Assembly (NCBI GenBank): GCA_039715075.1
Contig: JBDLIC010000004.1
Span: 3,041 to 67,040 of the forward strand
Source of the DNA: Nitrospirota bacterium
GTDB lineage: Bacteria; Nitrospirota; Thermodesulfovibrionia; UBA6902
Length of the DNA: 64,000 nt
Direction: 5' to 3'
A program made the position numbers and the translations under genes. Positions 13,300 through 24,450 of this stretch are shown here, piece by piece; the first letter of the stretch is position 1; each line of letters begins with the position of its first letter. Under the pieces are notes generated by a model. That model saw only the letters and a list, made by a program, of their open reading frames with translations. It made no database searches and was not told where the DNA came from.

Positions 13300-16200
13300 T
13301 TATTTTCCTCTCCGACCCAGCCGGTAAGGCGGGAGTTGATTTTAACTGCCGGATCTGCTTCCAGTTCAGCAATGGCTCCGGTCGACTGCTGGGCAAATCC
13401 CTTGATTGTGCCGCTTGCTGTGATCTGGGCGCTTACAGAAGAAGGCATTCCTTTTCCGAGGTTCTTTACCCTGGCAACGGTCGATGATGGGTTTGCTTGT
13501 TCCTTCTGCTCCTTGAAAACGTACTTTGTAAAAGCTGTCCCTGTTTTATAAAAAACAGCATACAAATTACTCTCACCCTCAAATGCGCAGGTGTCTATTC
13601 CCGGGATATATGTTGTCCATGTTACAAGTCCCCCGAATACGAGTGGCGATGATGTAACTCGCTCTCCAGGGTGAGACAGGGACTCTCCGGTGAAATCAAT
13701 GGATTCACCAACTCTGTCAAAAAAGATGGACCATCCATCGCAACCGTATGATCCGGACAGCAGGCTTGGCCACGTAGATGTAGCGGCACTGGAGCAGTTG
13801 CCTGAAACTCCTGACACATTACCGTCTGTATCAACCGCTGAAACAGATGCATCCAGCAGGTCAGAATAGGATGTGGTGCAGTTTCCTCTCCAGCATTCGT
13901 CTCTCATTGCATAGAAACCTCCGGTATCTGTCTGGTTTTTGTCTCCGCTTCCGTAAAACTGGCCGGTACCGAAAAATACCCAGAGCTTTCCTCTGCTGTC
14001 CATTGAAGCAGATGGACTGGAAGTTATTCTCCTAACGACATCATAATTGCCTGACCCATCAATATCGTCAACATTTGCAAGTGTTGAAAGGACCCAATTA
14101 GCGGGGTCGCTCATTGTTCCTTCGCTAGTTGTGATCCTGCGCATGAGTGTATTCCATGTAGTCACTTGATTATTTGCGGGACCAGTTATGGTAGCGATGT
14201 TCTCGCCTATGTACATAATGTCATCATTAAAATCTGAATTAATGTCAAGAGTTATTGGGTGGGCCATAAACGCATTGCTGTTTCCGGTTGATATTTTCCA
14301 GAAGTTTGTATTCTCTACCCATGCAGCTATTTTACCGTCAGCACCGCCGGATATTTTAATGACAAATATATTGCCGTTCTGGTAGGTGGTCAGGTTCGAA
14401 CCTGAATTATAATCTGTAGCGCCGGATCCGAAGATTGCGTACCATGTAGTACCGATTTTTACAATTGTGGGCTTGGACATGGTAAGCCCAAGATCAGCGT
14501 GTGTGAATGACCATAACAGTTCAGGATTCAGCGGATCACTGATATCAATAGCAAAGTATTCAGGGGAAGCACTGTAGTCGGTGCTGGATCTTGTCCAGCT
14601 TATATCTTTTCCACCCATACGCATACCGCCGATAAGGATGGTACCCCAGCCTTCTGTATGAGTGCCGGAGTTAAATATTTTTACGTCTGTTACGTAGGGT
14701 TTTAAATCCGTATAGTAAACGTGTGTATAATCAGGGTCTGTAAGCCACTTCATATGTGGAAGAAGACTCCGTGGAATAAAGGCCCATAGTTCATCTCCAA
14801 GTGTATTGCTGCCCCCGGAATAGCACTTACCTACTGCATTAACATCAGCATAGAACTGGTGGTTGACAGAATCATAACAGCCTGCATTAAAGGCATGGAG
14901 CATACCGTCATTTGCCCCGACATATACGACCTGCCTTCTATTGATATTTACAGACCTGAATCTCGAATATGTTGTATCACTGTAGGCCAGATCAAAATTC
15001 TCGGCAGGGCGTGCTACTGTAACCGGGGTTGAATTAATGATATCACCAAGTTTCCATGTGTTTGTTGTGCCTGTAACAGGAGGAATTGTGATGGTTCTTT
15101 CTCTGTATCCAGTAAGATGATTTGCGTCAGTAACACCTGCAAGATCATCTCCCCGGACCCATTTTATGATATTTGTTACTTCTGTTGCATCCGAGTCTGA
15201 TGCCCTTAACCAGGGCTTCAGATCAGTACTGTTTGCTTCAATAAAATCAAGTTCTGTAACTCCATCTATAGTGGTAAAAATATTTCTGCTGGCAGGGGGT
15301 TTTGACCATAGAGATTCACCGCCCCTCCATATGGCCTTAATACTATCAAATTCTTCTGGTGTTGAAGGGCATGAATCAATTGCTCCGTCACCATTGGAAT
15401 CAGAACACTTATATACTTTAGTGCCTTCATTAGTTGTATATGTCATTGAAAGAATCTTGTCAGAGGACATGTCAAGAGCGTTATTGCCGTTTGTGTCTTC
15501 CCTTAGATTGCCGTATTTGTCTACAAATAGGGCCTGCATATACCCCAGCCAGTTCCGGTGCTCAATGCCTTCCATTTTTTCGGGCAGGAAATAGGCCTGA
15601 TAAACAGCACCTTCACCTTCACCGGATGTAGACAGAACACTTACCGCAGTCCCTGATGAAGCTCGTTTAAGCATATCGGTTATTGCCTCCAGGAGGGCTG
15701 CCTCAAGGTTGCTTCCGCCTGTGGCTTCGTAGAAGTTGTCAGGAATGCCGTTAGCGTTTTTGTCCCATTCATTGCATCCGTCAGCCCTTGATGCAAGTGG
15801 AGTTGCAATTGTGTCAGGACATGGGGATGCCGGCAGGGTCACAGCTCTGCTGTCTGCAGGATAAGCAGCCCTGTCATAGGGCCAGGTATTGGAATCAAAG
15901 TCCTCAAAGTCCCCGAACATGGCGACCTGCTGCAGTGAGTTTCTTCCTCCTGCATCTTCTTCTCCAAACGCAGTATAAACCGTGTATGTAATGATATTCT
16001 GTTTTTCGTCTATGTCTGAGCGGATGTCATTTATAAAATTTTCTCTTGCCGGTATGACCGGGTCAATCTTCCCGTTCCAGTCACCGTCAGATATAAGAAG
16101 AACAAAATTTTTACGGCATCCTATCATAGTGCCGTTATCACACATTGGGTCCTGGAGTGATCCCTGGCCACCGAGATATGCATTATTGTCTTCGTAAGAA

Positions 16201-17168
16201 TTGGAGTTTATCTGGCGGTAATAATCATATGCTTCTCTCAGTGCCTCTCCTGGAGTGCTTCCGTGATAGGGTGCTTCACCCTCAAGTGCAGTTAAAAATG
16301 AAGACATATTGGCCCCTTCAATCCCAACTTTCATTTCACCCAGTCTCGCCTCTGAAGCATTCTTACCGTTCGAAAAAACCATAAGCCCAAAGCGGGGTGA
16401 ATCATCATCCCATGTGCCGTTATAATCTTTATCCGACAGACGGTGGATAATTCCGCGTCTCTCATTTTCAGGTACATCTATTTGTACATCAGCACCCGAG
16501 AGAGTGCCTACTGCACAGGTACCGAGGCCGTAGTTACTGATGGTCAAAGTATGGGCAAGATTTGGAAAGGTACCACCGCTGAGTTCAAATGTGCAGTCAA
16601 GAGTGCTGTCCGAATAGGTCCGTCGTCCGCCTTCTCCCCTTAATGTATGTGCATTACCCTGGGTTGAAGCGGACTTTCCGCCCATGAGAACTTTTCTCAT
16701 GAGGTCTATCCTGCTCATTGTGGCCCAGTTAAGCAGATTTCCGGATATACAACCAGCTTTACCGATTTTGTTGTCGGTATCGTTGCACGCGGTTTGTTCT
16801 TCAAATTTGTTTGTGCCGTATCTATAGTACTTATCGATTTTAAAATAGCCGTAATATTTAAGTGAAGAGTCATAGTCATATGATGATGTGCCACTGCCGC
16901 ACTCTGCCACTTTGGTGCTGTATGAAAAATTAAGCAGGTCACAGCCTGTATATGCCGGGAACTGCATGCTTCCGGAGACGTCCAGAACTATAAGAATGTT
17001 CGGTTCGACAATATTAATTGTGAATGCAGGGTAGGCCGTATAATCGACCATTTCGGGCTCTGTTATTACAGCATTACCCGGTAAAGGTATGGCGCTCAAA
17101 AAAGTTATAATAAAAACCAGGAATAAATGTTTGATATTAATATTCATCATATACCTCCTAATGGGCAA
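13296..17168 (-). CDS. pilY1: type IV pilus tip adhesin / biogenesis protein PilY1 (N-terminal vWA + C-terminal PilY1 domain)
   Basis: 1290 aa; signal peptide; vWA MIDAS ILIVLDVSGSM; C-terminal PilY1 signatures VVYVGANDGMLHAF and GDELWAFIP. Confidence 0.85.
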   Translation of the reverse strand: MPIRRYMMNINIKHLFLVFIITFLSAIPLPGNAVITEPEMVDYTAYPAFTINIVEPNILIVLDVSGSMQFPAYTGCDLLNFSYSTKVAECGSGTSSYDYDSSLKYYGYFKIDKYYRYGTNKFEEQTACNDTDNKIGKAGCISGNLLNWATMSRIDLMRKVLMGGKSASTQGNAHTLRGEGGRRTYSDSTLDCTFELSGGTFPNLAHTLTISNYGLGTCAVGTLSGADVQIDVPENERRGIIHRLSDKDYNGTWDDDSPRFGLMVFSNGKNASEARLGEMKVGIEGANMSSFLTALEGEAPYHGSTPGEALREAYDYYRQINSNSYEDNNAYLGGQGSLQDPMCDNGTMIGCRKNFVLLISDGDWNGKIDPVIPARENFINDIRSDIDEKQNIITYTVYTAFGEEDAGGRNSLQQVAMFGDFEDFDSNTWPYDRAAYPADSRAVTLPASPCPDTIATPLASRADGCNEWDKNANGIPDNFYEATGGSNLEAALLEAITDMLKRASSGTAVSVLSTSGEGEGAVYQAYFLPEKMEGIEHRNWLGYMQALFVDKYGNLREDTNGNNALDMSSDKILSMTYTTNEGTKVYKCSDSNGDGAIDSCPSTPEEFDSIKAIWRGGESLWSKPPASRNIFTTIDGVTELDFIEANSTDLKPWLRASDSDATEVTNIIKWVRGDDLAGVTDANHLTGYRERTITIPPVTGTTNTWKLGDIINSTPVTVARPAENFDLAYSDTTYSRFRSVNINRRQVVYVGANDGMLHAFNAGCYDSVNHQFYADVNAVGKCYSGGSNTLGDELWAFIPRSLLPHMKWLTDPDYTHVYYTDLKPYVTDVKIFNSGTHTEGWGTILIGGMRMGGKDISWTRSSTDYSASPEYFAIDISDPLNPELLWSFTHADLGLTMSKPTIVKIGTTWYAIFGSGATDYNSGSNLTTYQNGNIFVIKISGGADGKIAAWVENTNFWKISTGNSNAFMAHPITLDINSDFNDDIMYIGENIATITGPANNQVTTWNTLMRRITTSEGTMSDPANWVLSTLANVDDIDGSGNYDVVRRITSSPSASMDSRGKLWVFFGTGQFYGSGDKNQTDTGGFYAMRDECWRGNCTTSYSDLLDASVSAVDTDGNVSGVSGNCSSAATSTWPSLLSGSYGCDGWSIFFDRVGESIDFTGESLSHPGERVTSSPLVFGGLVTWTTYIPGIDTCAFEGESNLYAVFYKTGTAFTKYVFKEQKEQANPSSTVARVKNLGKGMPSSVSAQITASGTIKGFAQQSTGAIAELEADPAVKINSRLTGWVGEENK

Positions 17169-17490
17169 ACATTGAAACTACAATTTTATTGACGCAGCCA
17201 TTTCCTTCATATAGTTCAACATGTGTTGCTGCTGACAGGTCTTCAAAGGGTATTTCTTTTGTTTTGAAATAGAAAGATATGCCTGTACAAAAATCGAATC
17301 TCATGTTGTCTACAATAATGTAAGACTTCGTAATATCATTCATTTTCCCTTCGTAAACATTGTCAGTGACATTGGCGTCTGAGGCGTAGGTTTCAACAGT
17401 TGCTGCCATATATGTAAAAGAAAACATTATCATCACTATGAATGAGATTAAAACTGTTTTTCTGATTTTCACTTTCATTATTCCCTCCAT
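17158..17490 (-). CDS. small secreted hypothetical protein in pilus operon
   Basis: 110 aa with N-terminal signal/TM segment; translationally coupled between pilX and pilY1; no recognisable domain. Confidence 0.5.
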   Translation of the reverse strand: MEGIMKVKIRKTVLISFIVMIMFSFTYMAATVETYASDANVTDNVYEGKMNDITKSYIIVDNMRFDFCTGISFYFKTKEIPFEDLSAATHVELYEGNGCVNKIVVSMFAH

Positions 17491-18032
17491 TATTTATCAA
17501 CATATATATAAAAAGATCCTGCTGTTGTTTGTGCGCCTATCCCGGGTATAGATGCTTCTGAATTAACTCTGAAGTAGATTGCGCCTTTACCGTCACACCT
17601 GCCCACCCCTTCATAGCAGTTATGGGTCATTATTGCAAAACCTTCACTCTTTGCAGCGCTGACCTTGTCTATGTCAATAGAAACAGTTGTCCCGTCAACT
17701 ACATATGTCATATCAGGGCTTGCATCGGTATTATCTGTATCGAATGAGTCACCTCTCAGTTCATCTATGAGGTTGGAAATGTCGGTAGATGTGCCTAAAT
17801 ATGCAGTATACTCAGCTGGAGCTGTGAGCATTATCATATCGCCAACAGGTTTAGGTATATGTTTGATGCCAGAGTCTGCCAGTGCCTCATTTTCTTCAAT
17901 GATCCTGATATTACCTGACAGAATGTTTTCAATGGAACTCGTTCCCATTGCTGCCATACCGATAACGGTCAGTACCATTAGTAACAAAATAGCAGTAACG
18001 AGGATATAGCCGTTTTCCTGTTCTCTCATCAT
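17490..18032 (-). CDS. pilX: type IV pilus minor pilin PilX-like
   Basis: 180 aa; N-terminus GYILVTAILLLMVLTVIG typical of PilX_N. Confidence 0.7.
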   Translation of the reverse strand: MMREQENGYILVTAILLLMVLTVIGMAAMGTSSIENILSGNIRIIEENEALADSGIKHIPKPVGDMIMLTAPAEYTAYLGTSTDISNLIDELRGDSFDTDNTDASPDMTYVVDGTTVSIDIDKVSAAKSEGFAIMTHNCYEGVGRCDGKGAIYFRVNSEASIPGIGAQTTAGSFYIYVDK

Positions 18033-18034
18033 AA

Positions 18035-19084
18035 TTATAGGACCCCCTCGAGATTTTTAACGAATACTATCGATTGCTGCCACCTGCGTTTGAAATCATC
18101 TCCGGGCTGCGGGATAATGTTATTTTCTATTGCTGCCGGAGGGTTTCCCATACCTCTGAAACTCAGGTCACTAGTCTGGGACATTGTAAGGATATTTATT
18201 CTGACTGCCCTTATCCGTGAATAGTTTGCAGGAGCTACTATGCTGGTGAAATCAGTATCATCCAGCAGATTAGCACTTCCGTCAATTTCTCCAAATGGGG
18301 CTACTACATCGACTGCATATGAAAACTGGAGGTCTTCTATATTTTCAGCGATAATCTGATTAAAGGGTCCAAGTGGTGAGCCTGTACAAGCGGGGAGCAC
18401 AACTCCTAAATCTATTTTATGTAGATTTGCATCAGCATCTACACAGAATGTCGTGTCCTGAAGCAGGTAAACAGGTCTGCCTTTATCACAAAAAGAATCT
18501 CCGTCTGTATCCTCTAACCAATGATTCTGCCCGGTTGTTGTTACGAATGTCACAGCAGTACCTGTAAAGCTGGCAACAGTTGCAAACTCAATGCCGCCAA
18601 GCAGCAGAGTGCTGCCTGCAACAGGACCTACCAGTGGATCATCCAGAATAATATCAGCCCCCCCTGAATCTAGCTCCAGTTTTTGGTCATCTGAATTATT
18701 TCCGTCACAATCCTCATTAGTTCCAGCATTCATACCAGTAGGCCAGAGCTCACCGATACGGCGGGCAGTTATCACGGTAATTGCGTCCGGCCCACCTCCG
18801 AAATCACTAGGGACTATTGTCGAATTAAACCCGAATAGCGTGGCGGGGATTTCGGTAGACATATTAAAAGAAAAGCTGAAAGGGGAACCCTTTATGGTAC
18901 GTTTTATAAGGTCGTGTGCCACTTTTACCTGAGTATTCATTTCTGTTACGTCTTCCTGTGCAGTGTATGAGCGGTTTTGGACTACATATGTTGCAGATGC
19001 AGCGGCAATAAGCATCATACTGATGACTACTGCGACCATTGTTTCAATAAGAGTAAACCCTCTGTCATTTCTTTCTGTAATCAT
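18035..19084 (-). CDS. pilW: type IV pilus assembly protein PilW
   Basis: 349 aa; prepilin-type N-terminal cleavage/methylation motif GFTLIETMVA. Confidence 0.8.
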   Translation of the reverse strand: MITERNDRGFTLIETMVAVVISMMLIAAASATYVVQNRSYTAQEDVTEMNTQVKVAHDLIKRTIKGSPFSFSFNMSTEIPATLFGFNSTIVPSDFGGGPDAITVITARRIGELWPTGMNAGTNEDCDGNNSDDQKLELDSGGADIILDDPLVGPVAGSTLLLGGIEFATVASFTGTAVTFVTTTGQNHWLEDTDGDSFCDKGRPVYLLQDTTFCVDADANLHKIDLGVVLPACTGSPLGPFNQIIAENIEDLQFSYAVDVVAPFGEIDGSANLLDDTDFTSIVAPANYSRIRAVRINILTMSQTSDLSFRGMGNPPAAIENNIIPQPGDDFKRRWQQSIVFVKNLEGVL

Positions 19085-19599
19085 GGGTATTGTATCCTCG
19101 GTGCATTGAATTCTACGGAATGGTTTATTCCATTCTTGTCAGCCCAGCATGTCCTTGTCGTTACCATGCTGAAAGGGGCTGTTGTATTTATGGTGCAAGG
19201 CGGGGCTGCGCCGGCCGGGCCGCATAATGAATTTGCAGCGGGACCAAGTCCCCTGCAGCTGCCGCTGGCCCACCATGACCTTGTGAAGGTGACTCCGCCG
19301 GATATAGCGCTGAAACTGGCTTGATCACCACCAAAACCTGGAAGTGAATAAGGCGTGTCTGTCCCTGCGCCCAATGCAACCATTGTATTATATGGAGTAG
19401 CAAGTATCTGGTCCAGGTATTCGGTATTAAGAGTTGTTGCGATCCTCATTTCCCTGCTAGATGCGTTGCCTGTGACAGCAAAGTACTGCATGCCCATCAC
19501 TCCAAGCACTCCGATAAGCAGGACTGTCATGGCCACCATTACTTCTATCAATGTGAACCCGTTCCTGTTTCTCATCTTACCTCCGTCCAGGCGCAGCAT
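19081..19599 (-). CDS. pilV: type IV pilus modification protein PilV
   Basis: 172 aa; GFTLIEVMVAMTVL N-terminal prepilin motif. Confidence 0.8.
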   Translation of the reverse strand: MLRLDGGKMRNRNGFTLIEVMVAMTVLLIGVLGVMGMQYFAVTGNASSREMRIATTLNTEYLDQILATPYNTMVALGAGTDTPYSLPGFGGDQASFSAISGGVTFTRSWWASGSCRGLGPAANSLCGPAGAAPPCTINTTAPFSMVTTRTCWADKNGINHSVEFNAPRIQYP

Positions 19600-20252
19600 C
19601 TTCTCCGGGCAGAAGCACAGTCAACAACAGTCGCTGGAGCCATGTCTCCTGTTTGACCATCCCACTTCCAGAGTTCCAGTTTTCCTGTCATGTAACTAAG
19701 TTTTACCATATAGCTGTTATTATTGACTGGATGTGTTATCAATGCATAACCCGGTGGTTCATCTATCGTGCCGTCAGCATTAAAAGTCTGGGCCAAAGGA
19801 TTGAGCACCCCGAAGGCAACCGGATTTCCCGTCCCCATGCAGGCAGGACATGAACCAGGAGCATTGCTTGGTGCAAGGGCTGGCGCAGATCCAAATATGA
19901 CTCTGCCTCCATACCTGTTCTGGAGGTTAATTACTTTGGTGGGTAATACTCCGTATCCAGCGAGAATTCCGGTGATAGCTGCGTCTTCAGCCGGGTCGGC
20001 ACCAATCGAATAAGTATTTGCACCAGGGTTAAACAGAATTGTGTACGATTGCCCTTCTTTTATTGCCATTGTCCTTACGAGTTTCATTTCCTGCATAAGT
20101 TCGACCGCTGCTTCCCTGACCATACTGCTGGCATTAAAATTATTATACGCGGGAACTGCGAAGGCGGAAAGGACTGCAATAAGAGCTACAACGCTCATAA
20201 ACTCGATTGTGCTGAAACCTTTTTCATTTTTGATTGTCAGTTTTTTCATCAT
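19572..20252 (-). CDS. GspH/FimT-family minor (pseudo)pilin
   Basis: Prepilin motif GFSTIEFM lies 11 aa after the internal start MMKKLTIKNEK. The ORF-track start at 20369 would give a 50-aa leader, so the start is placed at 20252. First gene of the minor-pilin operon. Confidence 0.65.
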   Translation of the reverse strand: MMKKLTIKNEKGFSTIEFMSVVALIAVLSAFAVPAYNNFNASSMVREAAVELMQEMKLVRTMAIKEGQSYTILFNPGANTYSIGADPAEDAAITGILAGYGVLPTKVINLQNRYGGRVIFGSAPALAPSNAPGSCPACMGTGNPVAFGVLNPLAQTFNADGTIDEPPGYALITHPVNNNSYMVKLSYMTGKLELWKWDGQTGDMAPATVVDCASARRRCCAWTEVR

Positions 20253-20470
20253 GCCATTAAAGAAAGCAAGTTTAATACCAGAAATAAAATGGTTGTTTAT
20301 CCGGAAGTTATCTGAATTAAGATATCCTGTTATGAAACCTGTTACACAGGGATATGTAGAAGGTTTCATGATTTTTCAATGATTCAGAGTAAATTGAAAC
20401 CAGAGAATTGCATTATGTTTTGCAGGTTATATTGTTGTATACTTATTAGAAAAATTTAAGGGAGAAATAA

Positions 20471-21799
20471 ATGGACGCAGCATTTGCAGAAGATGTTATA
20501 AAGAAAGCGATGAAAAAGGGGTGTGATGCAGCGGAGGTTTTTTTAAAGAATTCCCGGGGTATATCAGTTGAAGCAAAGGATGGAAAGGTTGAAGCTCTTG
20601 AGGCCTCAAGGGACTTCGGTATTGCCCTGAAAATCATAAAACAACAGAAACTGGGCTTTTCTTTTACGACCAGTCCCGAAGAGATAGAAAAAACTATAGA
20701 TGAGGCTGTGCAGAGTGCTGAGTGGACTGGGGCCGATGAATACACTGATATTCCTGAATTGATGGAGTACAGTGATGTATTAAATCTTGATGAAAATATT
20801 AAGAAAATAAAAGAAGAAAAGATTATTAGTGATGCGATATTGCTTGAAGATAGTGCCCTTTCCCTTGATAACAGAGTAAAGAGAGTAAGAAAAGCAGAAG
20901 TGAATTCTGCGACAGGGAACACAGTTATTGCAAATTCAAAGGGTGTCAGCATTTCATATGAAAGCAGCTACTACTCAGCGCATGTAACGACTCTGGCCCA
21001 GGACGATGCCGGAGACAGCCAGATGGGGTGGGACTATGCCGGCAGCAGAAGGCTTGCTGATATAGATTTGAAATCAGTTGGAGAAAAAGCCGCAAACAGT
21101 GCGATTGAACTGCTTGGCTCCAGAAAAATATCACCTGTCAAAGCGCCTGTAATACTAAGTCCGTCTGTTGCCGTTGATTTTCTTGATATCCTTAGTAAGT
21201 CTTTATCTGCGGAATCAGTACAGAAGCATCGCTCATTTCTTGTTGGAAAAATTAATCAGGAAATTGTAAGTCCGATTGTTGACATTATAGATGACGGCAC
21301 CATACCCTGGGGAACTGGTACCAGTCCTGTAGATGATGAGGGAGTCCCTGTCAGGAATAAAACATTGATATCTGCCGGGATACTGAAAGGTTTTATCCAC
21401 AATACATACACTGCAAAGAAAGAAGGAACTGTATCTACCGGTAATGCGGTAAGGGGCAGTTCAAAAGGACTTGCCGGCATTGATGCAACGAACCTGTACC
21501 TTAAAGCAGATAAGGGAAGTTCAGATAACGGTCTGATAAAATCTTTATCCAAAGGGGCGCTGATACTTGGCGCAATGGGAATACATACAGCAAACCCTGT
21601 ATCTGGAGATTTCTCAATCGGTATTTCCGGTTTATGGATAGAAAATGGAGAAGCAGTGTATCCATTTAAGGAAGCGGTTATTTCAGGCAATATCCTTGAC
21701 ATGTTTAAGCGTGTGGAAGCAACAGGGAATGATCTCACATTTTACGGAAATACCGGGTCGCCCAGTCTTTTAATTGGTGAAATGGATATAAGTGCCTAG
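20471..21799 (+). CDS. TldD/PmbA family metallopeptidase (peptidase U62)
   Basis: 442 aa; PmbA/TldD family architecture and conserved C-terminal GxxGxxxG region. Confidence 0.85.
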   Translation: MDAAFAEDVIKKAMKKGCDAAEVFLKNSRGISVEAKDGKVEALEASRDFGIALKIIKQQKLGFSFTTSPEEIEKTIDEAVQSAEWTGADEYTDIPELMEYSDVLNLDENIKKIKEEKIISDAILLEDSALSLDNRVKRVRKAEVNSATGNTVIANSKGVSISYESSYYSAHVTTLAQDDAGDSQMGWDYAGSRRLADIDLKSVGEKAANSAIELLGSRKISPVKAPVILSPSVAVDFLDILSKSLSAESVQKHRSFLVGKINQEIVSPIVDIIDDGTIPWGTGTSPVDDEGVPVRNKTLISAGILKGFIHNTYTAKKEGTVSTGNAVRGSSKGLAGIDATNLYLKADKGSSDNGLIKSLSKGALILGAMGIHTANPVSGDFSIGISGLWIENGEAVYPFKEAVISGNILDMFKRVEATGNDLTFYGNTGSPSLLIGEMDISA

Positions 21800-21824
21800 A
21801 ACTTAAACCGTATGTGGAAAGGGA

Positions 21825-22130
21825 CTATTTCTCCTTATTACTTCTATCTGTCTGTTCATCTCCGCTTTTGTGGTTTTTGTTTATATAATTATTCACAAAA
21901 GAGTCCTTCATATTGACTGCTTCTTTTTCAAAACGCTTCATCAGCTTTTTTGCCCATACAAATTCTGTTCCCAGAATGGCAAGCCCAAGAATAGTTGTAA
22001 CAATTCCCGGCCCAGGTGTAACAAGCATGATACAGCCGAAAAGGAGAACAGTAAAACCTATGACAATTTTGATAAGTTTTTTTGCCTGCTCGATAGTTTT
22101 TATTATTGGGTGTTTCTTTTTGCAAATCAT
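21825..22130 (-). CDS. PGPGW-domain small transmembrane protein
   Basis: 101 aa; LVTPGPGIVTTILGLAILG motif of PF09656. Confidence 0.6.
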   Translation of the reverse strand: MICKKKHPIIKTIEQAKKLIKIVIGFTVLLFGCIMLVTPGPGIVTTILGLAILGTEFVWAKKLMKRFEKEAVNMKDSFVNNYINKNHKSGDEQTDRSNKEK

Positions 22131-22250
22131 AATCCATTCATTTTACCCTATATCAGGATTATAATCATTAATGCGGGCGGCATCTGCAGGGGCATGGCGC
22201 GCCATGCCCCTACAGAACGTCAATTTGCAAAACCGATAGCAAATTCATTA

Positions 22251-23027
22251 CTAACCATCATTGGCTTCCTTTTTTGATTTTTTCATGAACGGCTCTAAAA
22301 GGTCAATCGGCACAGGGAAAATTATTGTTGAATTACTATCAGTTGCAACCTCAGTGAGAGTCTGGAGAAACCTGAGCTGGATTGCCGAAGGATGGACACC
22401 TATTATTTCAGCTGCATCCGATAGTTTCCGGGATGCCTGGAATTCACCTTCTGCATGGATAACCTTTGCTCTCCTTTCACGCTCTGCTTCCGCCTGCTTG
22501 GCAATGGCCCTCTGCATTTCTAACGGTAAATCGACATTTTTAACCTCTACGGTAGTGACCTTGATTCCCCATGGTTCTGTCTGATCATCAATTATTTTCT
22601 GGAGTTCCGCATTCAACTCATCCCTCTTTGCAAGGAGATCATCAAGGTTGCTTTGGCCCAGAACGCTTCTAAGTGTTGTCTGTGATATTTGTGAAGTGGC
22701 ATATTCAAAATCAACGACTTCGGTTATTGCTTTTGTGGGATCCAGGACCCTGAAATAAACAACAGCATTGACTTTTACGGTTACATTATCTTTTGTGATG
22801 ACATCCTGAGAAGGGACATCCATTGTAATTGTCCGAAGGCTAACCTTCACAAGTTTATCAATAATCGGCCAGATAATGACAAGCCCGGGCCCCTTGACCG
22901 GTATTAACCGGCCGAGCCGGAATACAACGCCCCTCTCATATTCGCGTAAAACTTTGATAGCGCTGTAGAGAAAATAGACTATTAAGAATAATAATAATAC
23001 TAATCCTGAAAATTCTATCTGAAGCAT
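22251..23027 (-). CDS. SPFH/band 7 (stomatin-like) protein
   Basis: 258 aa; N-terminal TM; [12 protein letters not shown]; paired with an upstream NfeD gene. Confidence 0.9.
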   Translation of the reverse strand: MLQIEFSGLVLLLFLIVYFLYSAIKVLREYERGVVFRLGRLIPVKGPGLVIIWPIIDKLVKVSLRTITMDVPSQDVITKDNVTVKVNAVVYFRVLDPTKAITEVVDFEYATSQISQTTLRSVLGQSNLDDLLAKRDELNAELQKIIDDQTEPWGIKVTTVEVKNVDLPLEMQRAIAKQAEAERERRAKVIHAEGEFQASRKLSDAAEIIGVHPSAIQLRFLQTLTEVATDSNSTIIFPVPIDLLEPFMKKSKKEANDG

Positions 23028-23083
23028 ATGTCCCTCCCATTTTAATAAGTTGCAGGTTTTACGCTGAAAACGTATAACGTTTT

Positions 23084-24358
23084 TTATTTTGGTCTTACTT
23101 TTAACTTAAGGTGCTCTACCTGCTCAACGATGACTTTTTCTCCTGCCTTGATTGGTGCATCACTCCAGGCACTCCATATTTCTCCGTGTATAAAAACCTG
23201 TCCATCATCATATACTTTAGTCTTTGCATGGCCTTCAAGTCCCACAAGGCCTTCAGAACCGGTTGACGGCTTTCGTCTGTATGCTTTGATAACAAGGAGT
23301 ATTGTCAGTCCGAAAAACAGGGTGGTGATAAATACAGCGGGAAGGATTACTTTTAATGAAATCCTGAAAAAAGGGAGTGGTGAATCAAAGAGCATTATGG
23401 AGCCTATGATCATTGAGATAAGTCCACCGATAGTGAGGAGCCCGTAAGAAGTTATCTTGACTTCGAGAACAAAAAGAACAATAGCGAGAACAACAAGGAG
23501 AAGCCCGGCATAATTTACAGGTAGTGTCTGAAAAGAATAAAATGCCAGAATCAGGGATATTGCTCCCATAACGCCCGGGAAGATTGCCCCTGGATTAGTC
23601 AGTTCGAAGAAGATCCCGTAAAAACCGATCAACATAAGCATATATGCGACATTCGGGTTGCTTATAATATCCAGGATCTTCTGCCTGAAACTCATTTCTT
23701 TGTGGTGTATCCTGATTCCTGAAGTCTTTATGATATGCTTTCCGGCCGCTGTTTCAATAATTCTTTTATCAATTGTATTGAGAAGGGTCTTTAGGTCTGG
23801 AGAAACAATATCTATTACTTTTAACTTAAGGGCCTCATCGCTGGTAATAGAGACACTTTCTCTCACTGATTTCTCGGCCCATTCAGCGTTTCTGCCTCTT
23901 TTCTCTGCAAGTGACCGTACATATGCGGATGCGTCATTCACAGCTTTTTCTACCATTGTCTTGTCCATCTCGCCCCCGACACCAACAGGGTGTGCAGCTC
24001 CGATATTTGTTCCAGGAGCCATTGCCGCTATATGTGCTGACATAGTTATAAATACTCCTGCTGACGCAGCCCGTGCTCCGCTGGGAGAGACATAAACCAC
24101 TATAGGGACGTTACTGGAAATGATTTTTTTGACAATGGACCGCATTGAAGTATCAAGACCGCCCGGGGTGTCTAGTTTTATCACAAGCACTTCCGCATTC
24201 TCTTCTTCGGCAGTATCAATGCTCTTTAATATGAATTCGGACATGACCGGATTCACTATGCCTTCGGCATTGATTACTGTTATCTCAGAGTATGAAGTCC
24301 GGATGAAGAAAAGAGATAAGAGAAGGATTGAAATAGGGAAGATAAATTTTTTTATCAT
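23084..24358 (-). CDS. NfeD family membrane-bound serine protease
   Basis: 424 aa; ClpP-like N-domain (LDTPGG), TM segments and C-terminal OB domain; classic NfeD-stomatin operon. Confidence 0.9.
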   Translation of the reverse strand: MIKKFIFPISILLLSLFFIRTSYSEITVINAEGIVNPVMSEFILKSIDTAEEENAEVLVIKLDTPGGLDTSMRSIVKKIISSNVPIVVYVSPSGARAASAGVFITMSAHIAAMAPGTNIGAAHPVGVGGEMDKTMVEKAVNDASAYVRSLAEKRGRNAEWAEKSVRESVSITSDEALKLKVIDIVSPDLKTLLNTIDKRIIETAAGKHIIKTSGIRIHHKEMSFRQKILDIISNPNVAYMLMLIGFYGIFFELTNPGAIFPGVMGAISLILAFYSFQTLPVNYAGLLLVVLAIVLFVLEVKITSYGLLTIGGLISMIIGSIMLFDSPLPFFRISLKVILPAVFITTLFFGLTILLVIKAYRRKPSTGSEGLVGLEGHAKTKVYDDGQVFIHGEIWSAWSDAPIKAGEKVIVEQVEHLKLKVRPK

Positions 24359-24450
24359 TTGAAAATATATACCTCATTGAACGTTGCAATTGTCAATGCT
24401 GTTCATGGTATTATATCATTAATTTTAGATGGATAAAACTGTATACCGAT

